64,000 nt of DNA from Candidatus Methanophagaceae archaeon (GCA_003194435.1 PQXC01000008.1:19773-83772), one strand, 5' to 3'. Counted from the first letter of the stretch, positions 18,065 through 28,320 are shown. Notes: generated by a model not told the origin, from the sequence alone. Translations and numbers: made by a program.

Positions 18065-19306
18065 ATGAGTGGTAATATGAAGTCAGAGGGCGTTTCCTAT
18101 GGAGAGGAGTATTCAAGATTTCTACAGGATAAGATGAGGCAGCTGGAGGAGGCGAATATTCTGCTGCGGGATAAACTGGAGAAGATAGAGCAGGAAAGTA
18201 GATACTATCAGGAGATGCGAGTTCGATATGAGCGAGAGATAAAGCGGTTAAGGTCGGAACTGGAGAAATTGCGCACTCCACCACTGCTGGTTGGGACCAT
18301 TGTGAATGTGATAGATGATAAGAGGATAGTAGTGAGGAGCAGTACGGGTCCACAATTTGTGGTGACGTACACGCAGTGTGTGGAGCCGAGAGAAGTTGTT
18401 CCGGGTGCTCAGGTAGCTCTGAATCAGCAGTCACTGGCGGTGGTAAGCGTGCTCCCCTCTGCAAAGGACCCTTCTGTCTGCGGCATGGAAGTAATAGAGT
18501 CACCAGATGTGGACTACTCAATGATAGGGGGGCTGCATGAGCAGATAGAGGAGATAAGGGAAGTGGTAGAGTTACCGTTGACTGCACCAGAGCGATTTGA
18601 GCGTGTGGGTGTAGAGCCCCCAAAGGGCGTTCTCCTTATTGGATTGCCGGGTACAGGGAAGACGCTGTTAGCAAAGGCAGTTGCGAAACGTACATCAGCG
18701 ACCTTCATAAGGGTTGTTGGCTCGGAGCTGGTACAGAAGTACATAGGCGAGGGTGCGCGTATGGTGAGGGAGCTATTTGCAATGGCGAAGGAGAAAGCGC
18801 CTTCTATACTATTCGTTGATGAGATAGATGCAATAGCAGCGAGGAGGATAGAGGATGGGAGTTCAGGGGAACGGGAGGTGCAACGAACACTGATGCAGTT
18901 ATTGGCTGAGATAGATGGATTCGATCCCAGGGGAAATGTACGAATAATAGGAGCTACAAACCGACCTGATATACTCGATCCCGCTCTATTGCGACCAGGG
19001 CGATTTGACAGGGTTATAGAGATACCGATGCCGGATAAGAAGGCGAGAAAGGAAATATTTAAGATACATACATCCCGACTGAAGCTGAAGAAGGATGTGG
19101 ACCTTGATAAACTGGCTGAACTTACCGAGAATGCCACTGGTGCGGATATAAGAGCGATAGCAACAGAAGCAGGGATGCTCACGGTGAAGAAGAATAAGAG
19201 GGCGGTAGGGATGGAAGAATTCGAGCATGCGATAAAGAAAGTGATGAGAAACGAGCAGAGGAACTACCCGGTGAATGTAAAAGAGATGGGTGTGATGTTT
19301 ATGTAA
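18065..19306 (+). CDS. pan: Proteasome-activating nucleotidase PAN (AAA+ ATPase)
   Basis: N-terminal coiled coil, OB domain, Walker A GLPGTGKTLLAKAVA, Walker B ILFVDEIDA, second region of homology ending ...ATNRPDILDPALLRPGRFDR. Confidence 0.9.
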   Translation: MSGNMKSEGVSYGEEYSRFLQDKMRQLEEANILLRDKLEKIEQESRYYQEMRVRYEREIKRLRSELEKLRTPPLLVGTIVNVIDDKRIVVRSSTGPQFVVTYTQCVEPREVVPGAQVALNQQSLAVVSVLPSAKDPSVCGMEVIESPDVDYSMIGGLHEQIEEIREVVELPLTAPERFERVGVEPPKGVLLIGLPGTGKTLLAKAVAKRTSATFIRVVGSELVQKYIGEGARMVRELFAMAKEKAPSILFVDEIDAIAARRIEDGSSGEREVQRTLMQLLAEIDGFDPRGNVRIIGATNRPDILDPALLRPGRFDRVIEIPMPDKKARKEIFKIHTSRLKLKKDVDLDKLAELTENATGADIRAIATEAGMLTVKKNKRAVGMEEFEHAIKKVMRNEQRNYPVNVKEMGVMFM

Positions 19307-19338
19307 TGTAATCTTTTTCAAATCTTTTTTCACTAAGC
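19307..19338 (+). terminator. T-rich tract (aatctttttcaaatcttttttcac) after pan, then hairpins at about 19370-19420 between convergent genes
   Basis: Oligo-T runs typical of archaeal termination. The aagccc/gggctt and ggggc/gcccc inverted repeats are visible. Confidence 0.35.
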
Positions 19339-19427
19339 ATCCTATTTCTTTGGTAAAGTAAAGCTTTCTTATAAGCCCTTACAGGGCTTGCGGGGTCATG
19401 GGGCAGAGCCCCACATAAAGAAAGGTT

Positions 19428-20663
19428 TCACATCACCTTCTCCAGACTCATATCCAGCATCTGCTTCGTCTCTCGTGCAAGCGCATCAGGTAGTCCAGTG
19501 ATGTCAACATTCAGGAAACCGCGAATGATCACCGATGTGGCTTCCTCTTCACTCAAGCCACGTGCCATCAGATACAGTATCGCCTCCTCCGCTATCTTAC
19601 CCACTGCGGCTTCGTGAGAGAGGTCAAGGTCTTTACGAACAGCTTTGAGTTCCGGTATAGAGGTTATTGCCGCATTATCGGAGAGCATCAACCCTCTGCA
19701 TTCTATGTGCCCACTTGCATTTGCACCCTCGCCTATCACCTCACCACGTGCGATGACCTCCGCGTTATCGGTAGCGAGCACTCTGGAGATTATCTCCGCT
19801 CTGCTTCGTTCGCCCTTCAGCACTGCTCTTGAGCCCATATCTATTCGGGCATTGCCTGATGCATAGATAATGGACTGGAAATTGGCTCTCGCATTCTTAC
19901 CCTCGCAATATGCAGTTGGATACGTTTGAAGTGATTTCAACGGCGTCATTAAGATATAATTACTTATGAAAGTCCCGTCATCTTCTATCACCACTGCGGT
20001 TCTCGGTCTCACCTCCACACCTTCGCTCCAGTTGTGTATCATAGTGAAGGTGATTTTGGCACCGCGCTTCACATAGAACTCAGAAACGCCGAGATGAAGT
20101 GCTGACTGGACTGCATGAGCAACGGAACAGCCAGTGATGATATGAAGCTCCGAGTTCTCTTCTGCAATTATGATATTATGAACCTTCTGCCCGGTTTTAT
20201 CGGTGGTGATGAATAAACAAGCCTGGACCGGAATAGTCACCTTCGAATTGGCTTTCGCTCTGATAAAATAGCCATTCGTCTGGTCCAATTCAACATCTGC
20301 GGTATACTTATCCATGTCAACAGGTATTGCCTTCCACAGATAGTCAGTGGCGAGCCATTCATGCCGTTTCAATGCTTCTGTAGTGCTCATGAGCTCCAGA
20401 CCCGGTGATTTTACACGCGAGAATACCACAGAGCGGTCTTGCAGCAGGAAAGAGCCGGACCTGCCACTCTCAGAAGGTTCAATGCCGGCACGAAGCAGAC
20501 TCTGCTTATGCTCCTGAGGGACTTCAGCGAGCGACTTGAGGGCATCGTGCTCACTACCCGCTGTATTATAGCGCTCGAGGTTGATGTCATCGCCCAGACT
20601 TGCTTTCTTCTCTCGCGCACGCTTCGCACGCTCTATTATATCCCGCATATCTCGTTTATTCAT
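19428..20663 (-). CDS. sufB: Fe-S cluster assembly protein SufB/SufD family
   Basis: Directly downstream of sufC on the same strand. beta-helix-type repetitive core. ~411 aa, typical of archaeal SufB. Confidence 0.75.
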   Translation of the reverse strand: MNKRDMRDIIERAKRAREKKASLGDDINLERYNTAGSEHDALKSLAEVPQEHKQSLLRAGIEPSESGRSGSFLLQDRSVVFSRVKSPGLELMSTTEALKRHEWLATDYLWKAIPVDMDKYTADVELDQTNGYFIRAKANSKVTIPVQACLFITTDKTGQKVHNIIIAEENSELHIITGCSVAHAVQSALHLGVSEFYVKRGAKITFTMIHNWSEGVEVRPRTAVVIEDDGTFISNYILMTPLKSLQTYPTAYCEGKNARANFQSIIYASGNARIDMGSRAVLKGERSRAEIISRVLATDNAEVIARGEVIGEGANASGHIECRGLMLSDNAAITSIPELKAVRKDLDLSHEAAVGKIAEEAILYLMARGLSEEEATSVIIRGFLNVDITGLPDALARETKQMLDMSLEKVM

Positions 20664-21434
20664 TCACTTCACCTTGCATTTCTCCACACATTTCTCAAAT
20701 CCCACTTCCATTATGTTCTTTGTTATCTCATCAGGCATACCGGAACAGGCTATACTGCCTTCGAGCATCACGTGCGCACGGTCAGCTTTTATGTAGCGCA
20801 TGATAAACCCGCTATGGGTAATTATAAGTCCCGCTCGCACTCTCTTACTCGGTAACTTATTCCTGTCCAGGAGTTCAGACATTATCCCGCCTATAAGCTC
20901 TATATTCTCCACATCAACACCGGAATCGGGCTCATCGAACATGATGAACTCCGGCGATTGCGCCATAAGCTGGAGTATCTCCGACCGCTTCACCTCGCCA
21001 CCGGAGAAACCGAGATTCACATCCCGAACAAGGAACTCATAGGGGATATTAAGCCGTGCTGCAAGCTCTATCACACCTTCATCTATTGCTGCCTCGCTTC
21101 TACCCTGTGCGATATTCACCATGTCGCCGAGCGTGACGCCCCTTATCTGTGGTGGATGCTGGAATGATACACCCATCCCCAGCTTCACGCGCTCGTTGGT
21201 CGGTAAATTCGTTATATCAACACCTTTAAACTTTATACTCCCGCTTTTGACCTTATAGGCTGGAAAACCAAGTATAGTCAACAAAAGGGTCGTCTTACCA
21301 CACCCATTTGGTCCAAATAATACATGCACCTCACCACGCTCGATATTCAGATATAAATCGCGTAGAATCTCCTTTCCCGCTACTTCCACCGTCAGGTTCT
21401 CTATTTCCAGCATATTTATGATCTTACCGTTCAC
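20664..21434 (-). CDS. sufC: Fe-S cluster assembly ATPase SufC
   Basis: Walker A GPNGCGKTTLL, ABC signature LSGGEVKR, Walker B IMFDEPDSGVD. Confidence 0.85.
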   Translation of the reverse strand: MNGKIINMLEIENLTVEVAGKEILRDLYLNIERGEVHVLFGPNGCGKTTLLLTILGFPAYKVKSGSIKFKGVDITNLPTNERVKLGMGVSFQHPPQIRGVTLGDMVNIAQGRSEAAIDEGVIELAARLNIPYEFLVRDVNLGFSGGEVKRSEILQLMAQSPEFIMFDEPDSGVDVENIELIGGIMSELLDRNKLPSKRVRAGLIITHSGFIMRYIKADRAHVMLEGSIACSGMPDEITKNIMEVGFEKCVEKCKVK

Positions 21435-21518
21435 ATATACCCTCCAGTTCGCTGAATATTCCCGGACAAAAGTCTATCTTATATATTCCCACTATAGTAT
21501 AAATATTTTAATTTAGGG

Positions 21519-22181
21519 GTGAGAGTGAGAGAGATGGAGATAAGATGGTATGGACATGCCTGTTTTGGGATAACAGGTGAAGCAGGTGAGGTGATAGTTA
21601 CAGACCCTTATGACGAGAGCATAGGGTATCAAATGCCGGATTTGAGGGCGGACGTCGTCACTGTCAGTCATGAGCATTACGACCATAACAATGTAGCGGC
21701 AGTGAAGGGCAATCCAGAAGTGGTGAGAGGACCAGGTGAGCATATTGCCAGCGGGATAAGGTTTCTTGGCGTTAATACATACCACGATACCTCAAGAGGT
21801 GCAGAGAGGGGCGAGAATACCGTGTTCCTATTTGATGTGGACGATATAAGGTTATGCCATCTTGGCGACCTTGGGCATGTTCTGGAAGAGCCCCAGGTAA
21901 AGAGCATCAGGGAGAGGGATATAGATGTGCTGTTCATACCCGTAGGTGGTGTATACACGATAGATGCGAGTGGCGCTACTGAGGTATTGAACCAGCTGGA
22001 GCCAAGAATAGCGATACCAATGCATTATAAGACACCGCCTCTGCGGTTGAATATAAATAAGGTGGACAGCTTTCTGCGAGGAAAGGAGCGAGTGATGCGG
22101 GAGAAGAAGCTTTCGCTTCGTAAAGCCGATTTGCCACCACCGGGTGAGAAGGAGATAGTGGTGCTGGATTGGAGGCATTGA
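21519..22181 (+). CDS. Metallo-beta-lactamase-fold hydrolase
   Basis: HEHYDH motif and flanking Asp/His blocks. Confidence 0.6.
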   Translation: MRVREMEIRWYGHACFGITGEAGEVIVTDPYDESIGYQMPDLRADVVTVSHEHYDHNNVAAVKGNPEVVRGPGEHIASGIRFLGVNTYHDTSRGAERGENTVFLFDVDDIRLCHLGDLGHVLEEPQVKSIRERDIDVLFIPVGGVYTIDASGATEVLNQLEPRIAIPMHYKTPPLRLNINKVDSFLRGKERVMREKKLSLRKADLPPPGEKEIVVLDWRH

Positions 22182-22428
22182 TGCATACGATGAATGCAGT
22201 AAAGTGGACTGGTGTCACGGTATTTCTCATCGGGCTGCTAACCATGATGGCTTATAGCATGTATCCCCTTTTTTACCAAAATGGAGAATCTACGGTGCTG
22301 TTTGGAATGAAGCTCAGCGTGGTACTGATGAGCATTGGTGCTGCTATTTTAATAATAACCATGAGCATTGAACGATACAAAGATTGGAAAAAGATGAAAG
22401 AGGAGATAAGCGAGGAGGATTTGAGACC

Positions 22429-22749
22429 ATGAGCGTAATAGTGGTAAATACGGATTTTGTTCCGGGTAAGGAGATAGTAGAGGTTTTAGGGATTGTAAAA
22501 GGAAATGTGATTCAGGCAAAGCATCTCGGCAAAGATATAGCCGCGGGATTTCGGCAACTCGTCGGTGGTGAGATAAAGGAATACACAGAGATGATGAGCG
22601 AGGCGAGGGAAATCGCAATGAAAAGGCTGATAGAGAAGGCGGAGGAGATGGGTGCGGATGCGGTCGTGAATCTTCGATTTATGACTTCGATGATAATGGG
22701 CGGCGCCGCGGAAATACTGGCATACGGGACCGCGGTAAAGTTAAGGTGA
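22429..22749 (+). CDS. YbjQ/UPF0145 (DUF74) family protein
   Basis: MSVIVVNTDFVPGKEIVEVLGIVKGNVIQAKHLGKDI...GGEIKEY...ADAVVNLRF. GAGGAGG RBS 8 nt upstream of the ATG at 22429. Confidence 0.65.
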   Translation: MSVIVVNTDFVPGKEIVEVLGIVKGNVIQAKHLGKDIAAGFRQLVGGEIKEYTEMMSEAREIAMKRLIEKAEEMGADAVVNLRFMTSMIMGGAAEILAYGTAVKLR

Positions 22750-22809
22750 GTCTGAAAGTCAGGTATTTTATTCGGCACAATGATATGATATGAGATATAC
22801 AAATGAGAG

Positions 22810-23511
22810 ATGGGAAGATTAGCAGTGTGTGTATGCTCAGGCGGGATAGACTCGACGGTTGCAGCGACGATTGCATCACGAGAAGGATATGAGTTGCATG
22901 TCTTACATGTATCTTACGGGCAGCGTGCGGAATTGAGGGAGCGAGAAGCGGTGAAGAAGATATCGGCTTATCTGGGCGCTGTTGAGTTGAAATTCACCAC
23001 TGTTGAGATGATTAAAGAGCTTGGGGGTTCTGCATTGACCGATTATAGCAGGGATGTGCCAGCCGGCGAGGAGGTGAAACTGGACAGGAACGAGACACCG
23101 CCCACATGGGTACCATGCCGCAATCTGGTCCTTTTATCACTGGCAAGTGCGTATGCGGAAGCAATTGGAGCGGATAGCATCTTCGTTGGCTTCAATGCCG
23201 AGGAGGCGAAGTCTTACCCTGATAACAGTAAGGAATTTGTCGAGCGATATAATGCGGTGCTGGAGAAGGCAGTGGCTTCTTTCTCCACTCCTCCTGAGGT
23301 GCGAGCGCCTCTTGTGGACTTATTGAAGCCGGAGATAATAAAGAAGGGGATGGAAGTAGGAGCGCCATTAAAGTTCACTTATTCATGTTATCTCGGCGGT
23401 GAGAAGCATTGCGGTCTCTGCGAATCGTGTCAGCACCGCCGTAGAGGGTTCAGGGAGGCGGGTGTGGAAGACCCTACGGAGTATGAAGCATTCGCTCAAG
23501 CATTTCTCTGA
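22810..23511 (+). CDS. queC: 7-cyano-7-deazaguanine synthase QueC
   Basis: PP-loop AVCVCSGGIDSTVAA. C-terminal zinc-binding CGLCESCQHRRRGF. Confidence 0.85.
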   Translation: MGRLAVCVCSGGIDSTVAATIASREGYELHVLHVSYGQRAELREREAVKKISAYLGAVELKFTTVEMIKELGGSALTDYSRDVPAGEEVKLDRNETPPTWVPCRNLVLLSLASAYAEAIGADSIFVGFNAEEAKSYPDNSKEFVERYNAVLEKAVASFSTPPEVRAPLVDLLKPEIIKKGMEVGAPLKFTYSCYLGGEKHCGLCESCQHRRRGFREAGVEDPTEYEAFAQAFL

Positions 23512-23716
23512 ACCTCTTTATGTCCTCTACCGACTCTTTAACCGTTTCCCCTGGTAGCCAAGCCTCATAAAAGTTCTGATGCAAGGAAGTGGCTATTTGC
23601 CATAGTCTTCGTATCTCGGGCTCGTTCGCCTCCCTTCTGAGCTCTGCTACGAACCTGTTCAAATCGCTATGACTCCTGAGTTCCAAATTTCTCTTCGCTG
23701 CAACCGCCTTAACCAT
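23474..23716 (-). pseudogene. Internally deleted partial copy (C-terminal half) of the 23873..24364 gene; overlaps the queC 3' end on the opposite strand
   Basis: Segment 23452-23837 repeats 23838-24352 apart from an internal gap of roughly 130 bp. The 80-aa translation is near-identical to residues 84-163 of the downstream gene. Confidence 0.5.
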
Positions 23717-23872
23717 TTGTGACGCCGCTCCCCATAATTTCTCTGACGCCTGAACGTAATCCCCTTCTTTTAAAAGCTCCTTCGCTTTGCTAAAATATTT
23801 CTCACTGAGATTAATTCTTCTCAGAATCTTTTCCGGAAAGTTTATGGTTCAGGGAGGCGGGTGTGGAAGACC

Positions 23873-24364
23873 CTACGGAGTATGAAGCATTCGCTCAAGC
23901 ATCTCTCTGAACCTCTTTATGTCCTCTACCGACTCTCTAACCGTTTCCCCTGGTAGCCAAGCCTCATAAAAGTTCTGATGCAAGGAAGTGGCTATTTGCC
24001 AAAGTCTTCGTATCTCGGGCTCGTTCGCCTCCCTTCTGAGCTCGGCTACGAACCTGTTCAAATCGCTATGACTCCTGAGTTCCAAATTTCTCTTCGCTGC
24101 AACCGCCTTAACCATTTGTGACGCCGCTCCCCATAATTTCTCTGACGCCTGAACGTAATCCTCTTCTTTTAAAAGCTCCTTCGCTTCACTAAAATATTTA
24201 TCACTGAGATTCACATGCAACTCAGTTTTTGTTTCAGGGTCTGCTAACTGCAGATATTCCAGCACCGCCTCATTTATAATCTCCTCTGGAAGTACATCTT
24301 CAGTCCTCGAGATCTCATTAATTCTTCTCAGAATCTTTTCCGGAAAGTTTATCTCGATGCTCAT
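23873..24364 (-). CDS. Hypothetical helical protein, possibly HEPN-like (KRNLELRSH = Rx6H)
   Basis: 163 aa, all-helical composition, R-x6-H motif. Its 3' end and a copy of the queC 3' end (23838-23900) belong to a tandem duplication. Confidence 0.35.
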   Translation of the reverse strand: MSIEINFPEKILRRINEISRTEDVLPEEIINEAVLEYLQLADPETKTELHVNLSDKYFSEAKELLKEEDYVQASEKLWGAASQMVKAVAAKRNLELRSHSDLNRFVAELRREANEPEIRRLWQIATSLHQNFYEAWLPGETVRESVEDIKRFREMLERMLHTP

Positions 24365-24491
24365 GCCCCCTTATCCTTTACCTTTACCTCCTTTTATCCC
24401 TCTTTCTTTCCTTTCATTCGCACTGTGAAACATGAACCCAGAGGTTATTTTTTAAATGCCCTTCATAAAATAATAGGATAGATAAGTATGT

Positions 24492-25052
24492 ATGGTGCAT
24501 GACATGATTGAGATATGTGTATATGGCAGGGGAGGTCAAGGGGGAGTGACACTGGCTGAGCTGGTTGCCCATGCCGCTATTGCGGAGGGTAAACATGCCC
24601 AATCAATGCCTTCTTTTGGTCCAGAACGTCGGGGTGCTCCTGTTCTCGCTTTCTTGCGTGTGAACGAGCGTGAGCGAATAAAAGTAAGAACTGAGATAAC
24701 CGAACCGGATGTGCTCATCGTGCTTGACCCCGGTCTATTGCACATAGGCACAGTCCTCTCACAGCTCAAAGAAGGGGGCATAGCGGTAGTGAGCACGAAG
24801 AAGTCGCACGAAGCATTGAAATCGGAGCTGAAATTGAGCAGACTGGCAACTGTGGATGCTAAAGGTATCGCCATGCGGGTTCTTGGATTACCCATCGTCA
24901 ATACCGCAATGCTCGGGGCGCTTGTGAAGGCAACGGGCATAGTGAAGTTAGAATCATTGAAGCAGGTAATGGAACACCGATTTGGCAAACTCGCAATGAA
25001 GAACCAGGAAGCGATGTTAGAAGCGTATAACGAGACGGTGGTGAGTGGCTGA
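24492..25052 (+). CDS. porG: Pyruvate/2-oxoacid:ferredoxin oxidoreductase gamma subunit
   Basis: MIEICVYGRGGQGGVTLAELVAHAAIAEG matches the PorG N-terminal signature. Confidence 0.8.
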   Translation: MVHDMIEICVYGRGGQGGVTLAELVAHAAIAEGKHAQSMPSFGPERRGAPVLAFLRVNERERIKVRTEITEPDVLIVLDPGLLHIGTVLSQLKEGGIAVVSTKKSHEALKSELKLSRLATVDAKGIAMRVLGLPIVNTAMLGALVKATGIVKLESLKQVMEHRFGKLAMKNQEAMLEAYNETVVSG

Positions 25053-25383
25053 GATGAGCAACGAAGATAAAGATATGATAGGGATGGGGATAGGCTGGAA
25101 AGACCTGAAACCCGGGTTTGTGGTCACCGAGCCGGGGAGTGCATCCTCATATGAGACCGGCGATTGGCGGTCTGAGAGACCAGTTCGTGCGAATGAGAGA
25201 TGTATAAAGTGCGGTATATGCTACATCTATTGTCCCGAAGGCTGCGTTAAGGAGACAGAAGACGGGTTCTTTGAGGCGGATTTGTACTATTGCAAGGGCT
25301 GTGGAATCTGTGCACACGAGTGTCCACGAGGAGTAATAACAATGGAAGAGGAGAAGGAGGAGGGAGTTCAGGATGGGATATAG
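25045..25383 (+). CDS. porD: Pyruvate/2-oxoacid:ferredoxin oxidoreductase delta subunit (2x[4Fe-4S] ferredoxin)
   Basis: CIKCGICYIYCP and CKGCGICAHECP cluster motifs; 4-nt overlap with porG. Confidence 0.75.
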   Translation: MAEMSNEDKDMIGMGIGWKDLKPGFVVTEPGSASSYETGDWRSERPVRANERCIKCGICYIYCPEGCVKETEDGFFEADLYYCKGCGICAHECPRGVITMEEEKEEGVQDGI

Positions 25384-25410
25384 GATAGGACAATGGGATA
25401 GATACATGTT

Positions 25411-26640
25411 ATGAGGAGCAAAACCAAATCAGCATCAGCAATACTAATCGTCTGTGATGGTCTCGGTGACAGACCGACAGCAGACGGTAAGACGCCATTG
25501 CAGGCTGCCGAGACACCGAATATGGACGCCGTGAGTGAAGCCGGGATAAATGGCTTGATGGATGTGATATCACCGGGGATAGTTCCGGGTAGCGATACCG
25601 CTCATCTCGCTCTCTTCGGGTATGACCCTTACGAGTATTATCCAGGTAGGGGTGTTTTCGAAGCACTCGGTGCAGATATGGAACTGCGAGAGGGCGATGT
25701 CGCATTCAGAGCGAATTTCGCTACCGTTGATGACAGTATGCGGATTATTGACCGCAGGGCGGGCAGGAAGGGCAGTAAAGAGCTGGCTGATGCACTTGAC
25801 GGGCTCGAAATAGATGACGTCCAAATTTCTCTGCGGAATACCACAGAGCATAGATGCGCACTCGTAATGCGCGGTGATAACCTCTCAAAACTGGTTTCTG
25901 ATGTGGACACGCACGTTGAGGGCGGTGTTGTGAGCGAATGCAGACCGCTGAAAGAAGGCTCAGCGGAGAGGAAGACCGCACGCATCGTGAACGAATTGGT
26001 GAGAAGGAGCTATGAAATCCTGAACAAGCACCCGGTGAACGAAGAGAGGCGACAGAAAGGTGAATTACCCGCCAATATACTGCTGTTACGGGGTGCAGGC
26101 AGTTATAAAAAGGTCACTTCAATGCATGACCGATTCGGGTTAAGTGCTGCCTGTGTAGCTGGCGCTTCGCTCTACAAAGGAGTGGCGAAATATCTCGGTA
26201 TGACGGTCATCCCGGTGGAGGGAGCGACAGGCAAGAGTGATACGAATCTCGGTAACAAAGCCGAAGCAGCGTTAAACGCATTGCGAAGTCATGATTTCGT
26301 ATTCGTGCATGTGAAAGCAACCGATAGCATGGGGCATGACGGCAACTTCGAGGGCAAGAAGGAGATGATCACAAGGATAGATAGAGAGCTTGTAGCGGAG
26401 TTGAAAGACGCGGATGCGTATGTTGTTATCACTGCGGATCACAGCACGCCTGTATCAATAAAGCGACACAGTAGCGACCCCGTGCCCGTTGTGATGAAGG
26501 GTGAGGGAGTGAGGAGCGACGAAGTGAAGCATTTTGACGAGATTTCAGTGGCTTCTGGTGGCTTATGCAGGCTTAAAGGTCTGGATTTGTTGCCGATACT
26601 GACCGATTTCATCGGCTGTTATATGATGTATGGGACTTAA
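25411..26640 (+). CDS. apgM: 2,3-bisphosphoglycerate-independent phosphoglycerate mutase, archaeal type
   Basis: ILIVCDGLGDRP..., ATDSMGHDG, ITADHSTP blocks. 409 aa. Confidence 0.85.
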   Translation: MRSKTKSASAILIVCDGLGDRPTADGKTPLQAAETPNMDAVSEAGINGLMDVISPGIVPGSDTAHLALFGYDPYEYYPGRGVFEALGADMELREGDVAFRANFATVDDSMRIIDRRAGRKGSKELADALDGLEIDDVQISLRNTTEHRCALVMRGDNLSKLVSDVDTHVEGGVVSECRPLKEGSAERKTARIVNELVRRSYEILNKHPVNEERRQKGELPANILLLRGAGSYKKVTSMHDRFGLSAACVAGASLYKGVAKYLGMTVIPVEGATGKSDTNLGNKAEAALNALRSHDFVFVHVKATDSMGHDGNFEGKKEMITRIDRELVAELKDADAYVVITADHSTPVSIKRHSSDPVPVVMKGEGVRSDEVKHFDEISVASGGLCRLKGLDLLPILTDFIGCYMMYGT

Positions 26641-26692
26641 CATAGATTTCGATTTCATAGCTGTGCAGAAAGGAAGGTTTGTGCTGAATGCA

Positions 26693-27076
26693 CTATGCGG
26701 TCACCTTCTTCTCGAGTTCAGCAAGCCTGGCTTCAAGTTCAGCCACCTTCTCCATCACCGGTAGTCTCGCTTCGAGCGAATCAAGCCTGGAATCCACGGC
26801 ATCGAACCTCCTGTCCACAGCCTCAAATCGCGAAATCATCTCATTTCTCAAACTATCGAACTTAACATCCACCTTTGCATCTAATGCTGTAAGCCTGCCA
26901 TCCACCGCCTCAAACTTCGTCATCATCTCGCTTCTCAAGCTTGTAACTTCCTTCTCCACCCCGTCTATGCGTGTATGCACTGCATCTATGCGTGTGTGTA
27001 TGGCTTTTATTTCGCCTGTGATCTCATTCAGCTTCGGCATAAGTAGCCGTTCTATCCAGCCGGGTATTTTCTCCAT
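26693..27076 (-). CDS. Coiled-coil protein with internal sequence repeats
   Basis: Repeated RIDAVHTRIDGVEKEV / FEAVDGRLTALDAKVD / FEAVDRRFDAVDSRLD heptad-like units; repeats are also visible in the DNA. Confidence 0.35.
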   Translation of the reverse strand: MEKIPGWIERLLMPKLNEITGEIKAIHTRIDAVHTRIDGVEKEVTSLRSEMMTKFEAVDGRLTALDAKVDVKFDSLRNEMISRFEAVDRRFDAVDSRLDSLEARLPVMEKVAELEARLAELEKKVTA

Positions 27077-27171
27077 GATAAAATGTTTAGCTCATGCGTG
27101 TATATAAATCTTCGTACAATACAAGTTTAAATTAATTAAATATAACTACAAATACAATTTGAGATAGATAC

Positions 27172-27921
27172 ATGAAAGGGATTGTAAACATAGTGGAAGA
27201 GGAGGGAGTGGAGCATAAGAATCCGATAGTGATAGAGGGTCTGCCAGATGTTGGTCTGGTAGGTACGATTGCAGCATCCTACATCGTGGAGAAGATGAAA
27301 TACAATGAGATAGGGTACATTGAATCTGACTTGTTCCCACCGGTCATGGTCATCCATGGAGGAAAATTGAAGAGCCCTTTCTGTCTGTATGGCAACGAAG
27401 AGGTGATAGTGGTCTCGTCTGAGATTGCGATACCGCCAAATGCGGTCTATCCGCTGACTCGAACACTTGCTGACTGGTTCAACAATATAAATGCGGCACT
27501 CGTGATATCAATAACAGGCTTACCGGTGAAGAACAGGATGGACATAGAGAAGCCAGAGGTATTTGCGGTGGGTAACAACGAGGAAGTGGTGAAGGAGCTG
27601 AAGGCGAAGCAGGTGGAGCTGCTGCAAGAAGGTTTCATTGCTGGTACATATGCGGTAATGCTGCGAGAATGTTACAAGAGGGAACTGAATGCGATTTCTC
27701 TGCTCGCTCAGTGTTTCCCGGTATATCCCGACCCTGGTGCCGCGGCATCGGTTATTGGCTCCCTTGATAAATTCCTGCAATTGGGCATAGATGTGGGGGA
27801 GTTGATGGAGAAGGAGGAGGAGATAAAACTGAAGGCGCGGGACCTCATGCGGCAGACCGCTTTATCCGCTTCCGAGATGCAGAAGAGTGCGGAGCAGGAT
27901 ATGCCATTCATGTATCGTTAG
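27172..27921 (+). CDS. Proteasome assembly chaperone (PAC2) family protein
   Basis: PIVIEGLPDVGLVGTIAASYIVEKM N-terminal block typical of archaeal PAC2/COG1938. Confidence 0.6.
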   Translation: MKGIVNIVEEEGVEHKNPIVIEGLPDVGLVGTIAASYIVEKMKYNEIGYIESDLFPPVMVIHGGKLKSPFCLYGNEEVIVVSSEIAIPPNAVYPLTRTLADWFNNINAALVISITGLPVKNRMDIEKPEVFAVGNNEEVVKELKAKQVELLQEGFIAGTYAVMLRECYKRELNAISLLAQCFPVYPDPGAAASVIGSLDKFLQLGIDVGELMEKEEEIKLKARDLMRQTALSASEMQKSAEQDMPFMYR

Positions 27922-27954
27922 TTTAGTTGTAGTTGTTGGAGGTGATGAAAGGAA

Positions 27955-28320
27955 ATGGGTCTGGAAAGGTGGATAAGAGATGCAATGTGGAGTTATAATG
28001 GTAATTTAGAGCCGTTATATGAGCTGGAAGATAGGGGTGATGAGATAATTATCACTTTTGACCTGCCTCGAGTGAAGAAGGAGGATGTGGAGATAAATAC
28101 AACGGAGGATTCTGTGGAGATAAAAGCGAAGATGAGCGAAGCGGTCTGCTGGGAGCGATGGGGTAGCGTTCAGAGGCGAATAAGCTTTCACCAGTTCAGA
28201 AAGCAGATAAAATTGCCCGAACAGATAGACCCCGAGAAAGCTTCCGCTTCACTTAAAAATGGTATCCTCAGGATATCACTGCCAAAAAAGAGGACAAAGG
28301 TGCTCATACCTATACAATAG
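27955..28320 (+). CDS. Hsp20/alpha-crystallin family small heat-shock protein
   Basis: IIITFDLPRVKKEDVEIN...VEIKA......LKNGILRISLPKK. Confidence 0.6.
   Translation: MGLERWIRDAMWSYNGNLEPLYELEDRGDEIIITFDLPRVKKEDVEINTTEDSVEIKAKMSEAVCWERWGSVQRRISFHQFRKQIKLPEQIDPEKASASLKNGILRISLPKKRTKVLIPIQ

Noticed and set aside
19340-19425. GC-rich hairpins (aagccc..gggctt, ggggc..gcccc) considered as a tRNA/ncRNA
   Set aside because: No cloverleaf can be drawn, and no T-loop GTTC or D-loop features are present. The position between convergent genes fits terminator hairpins.
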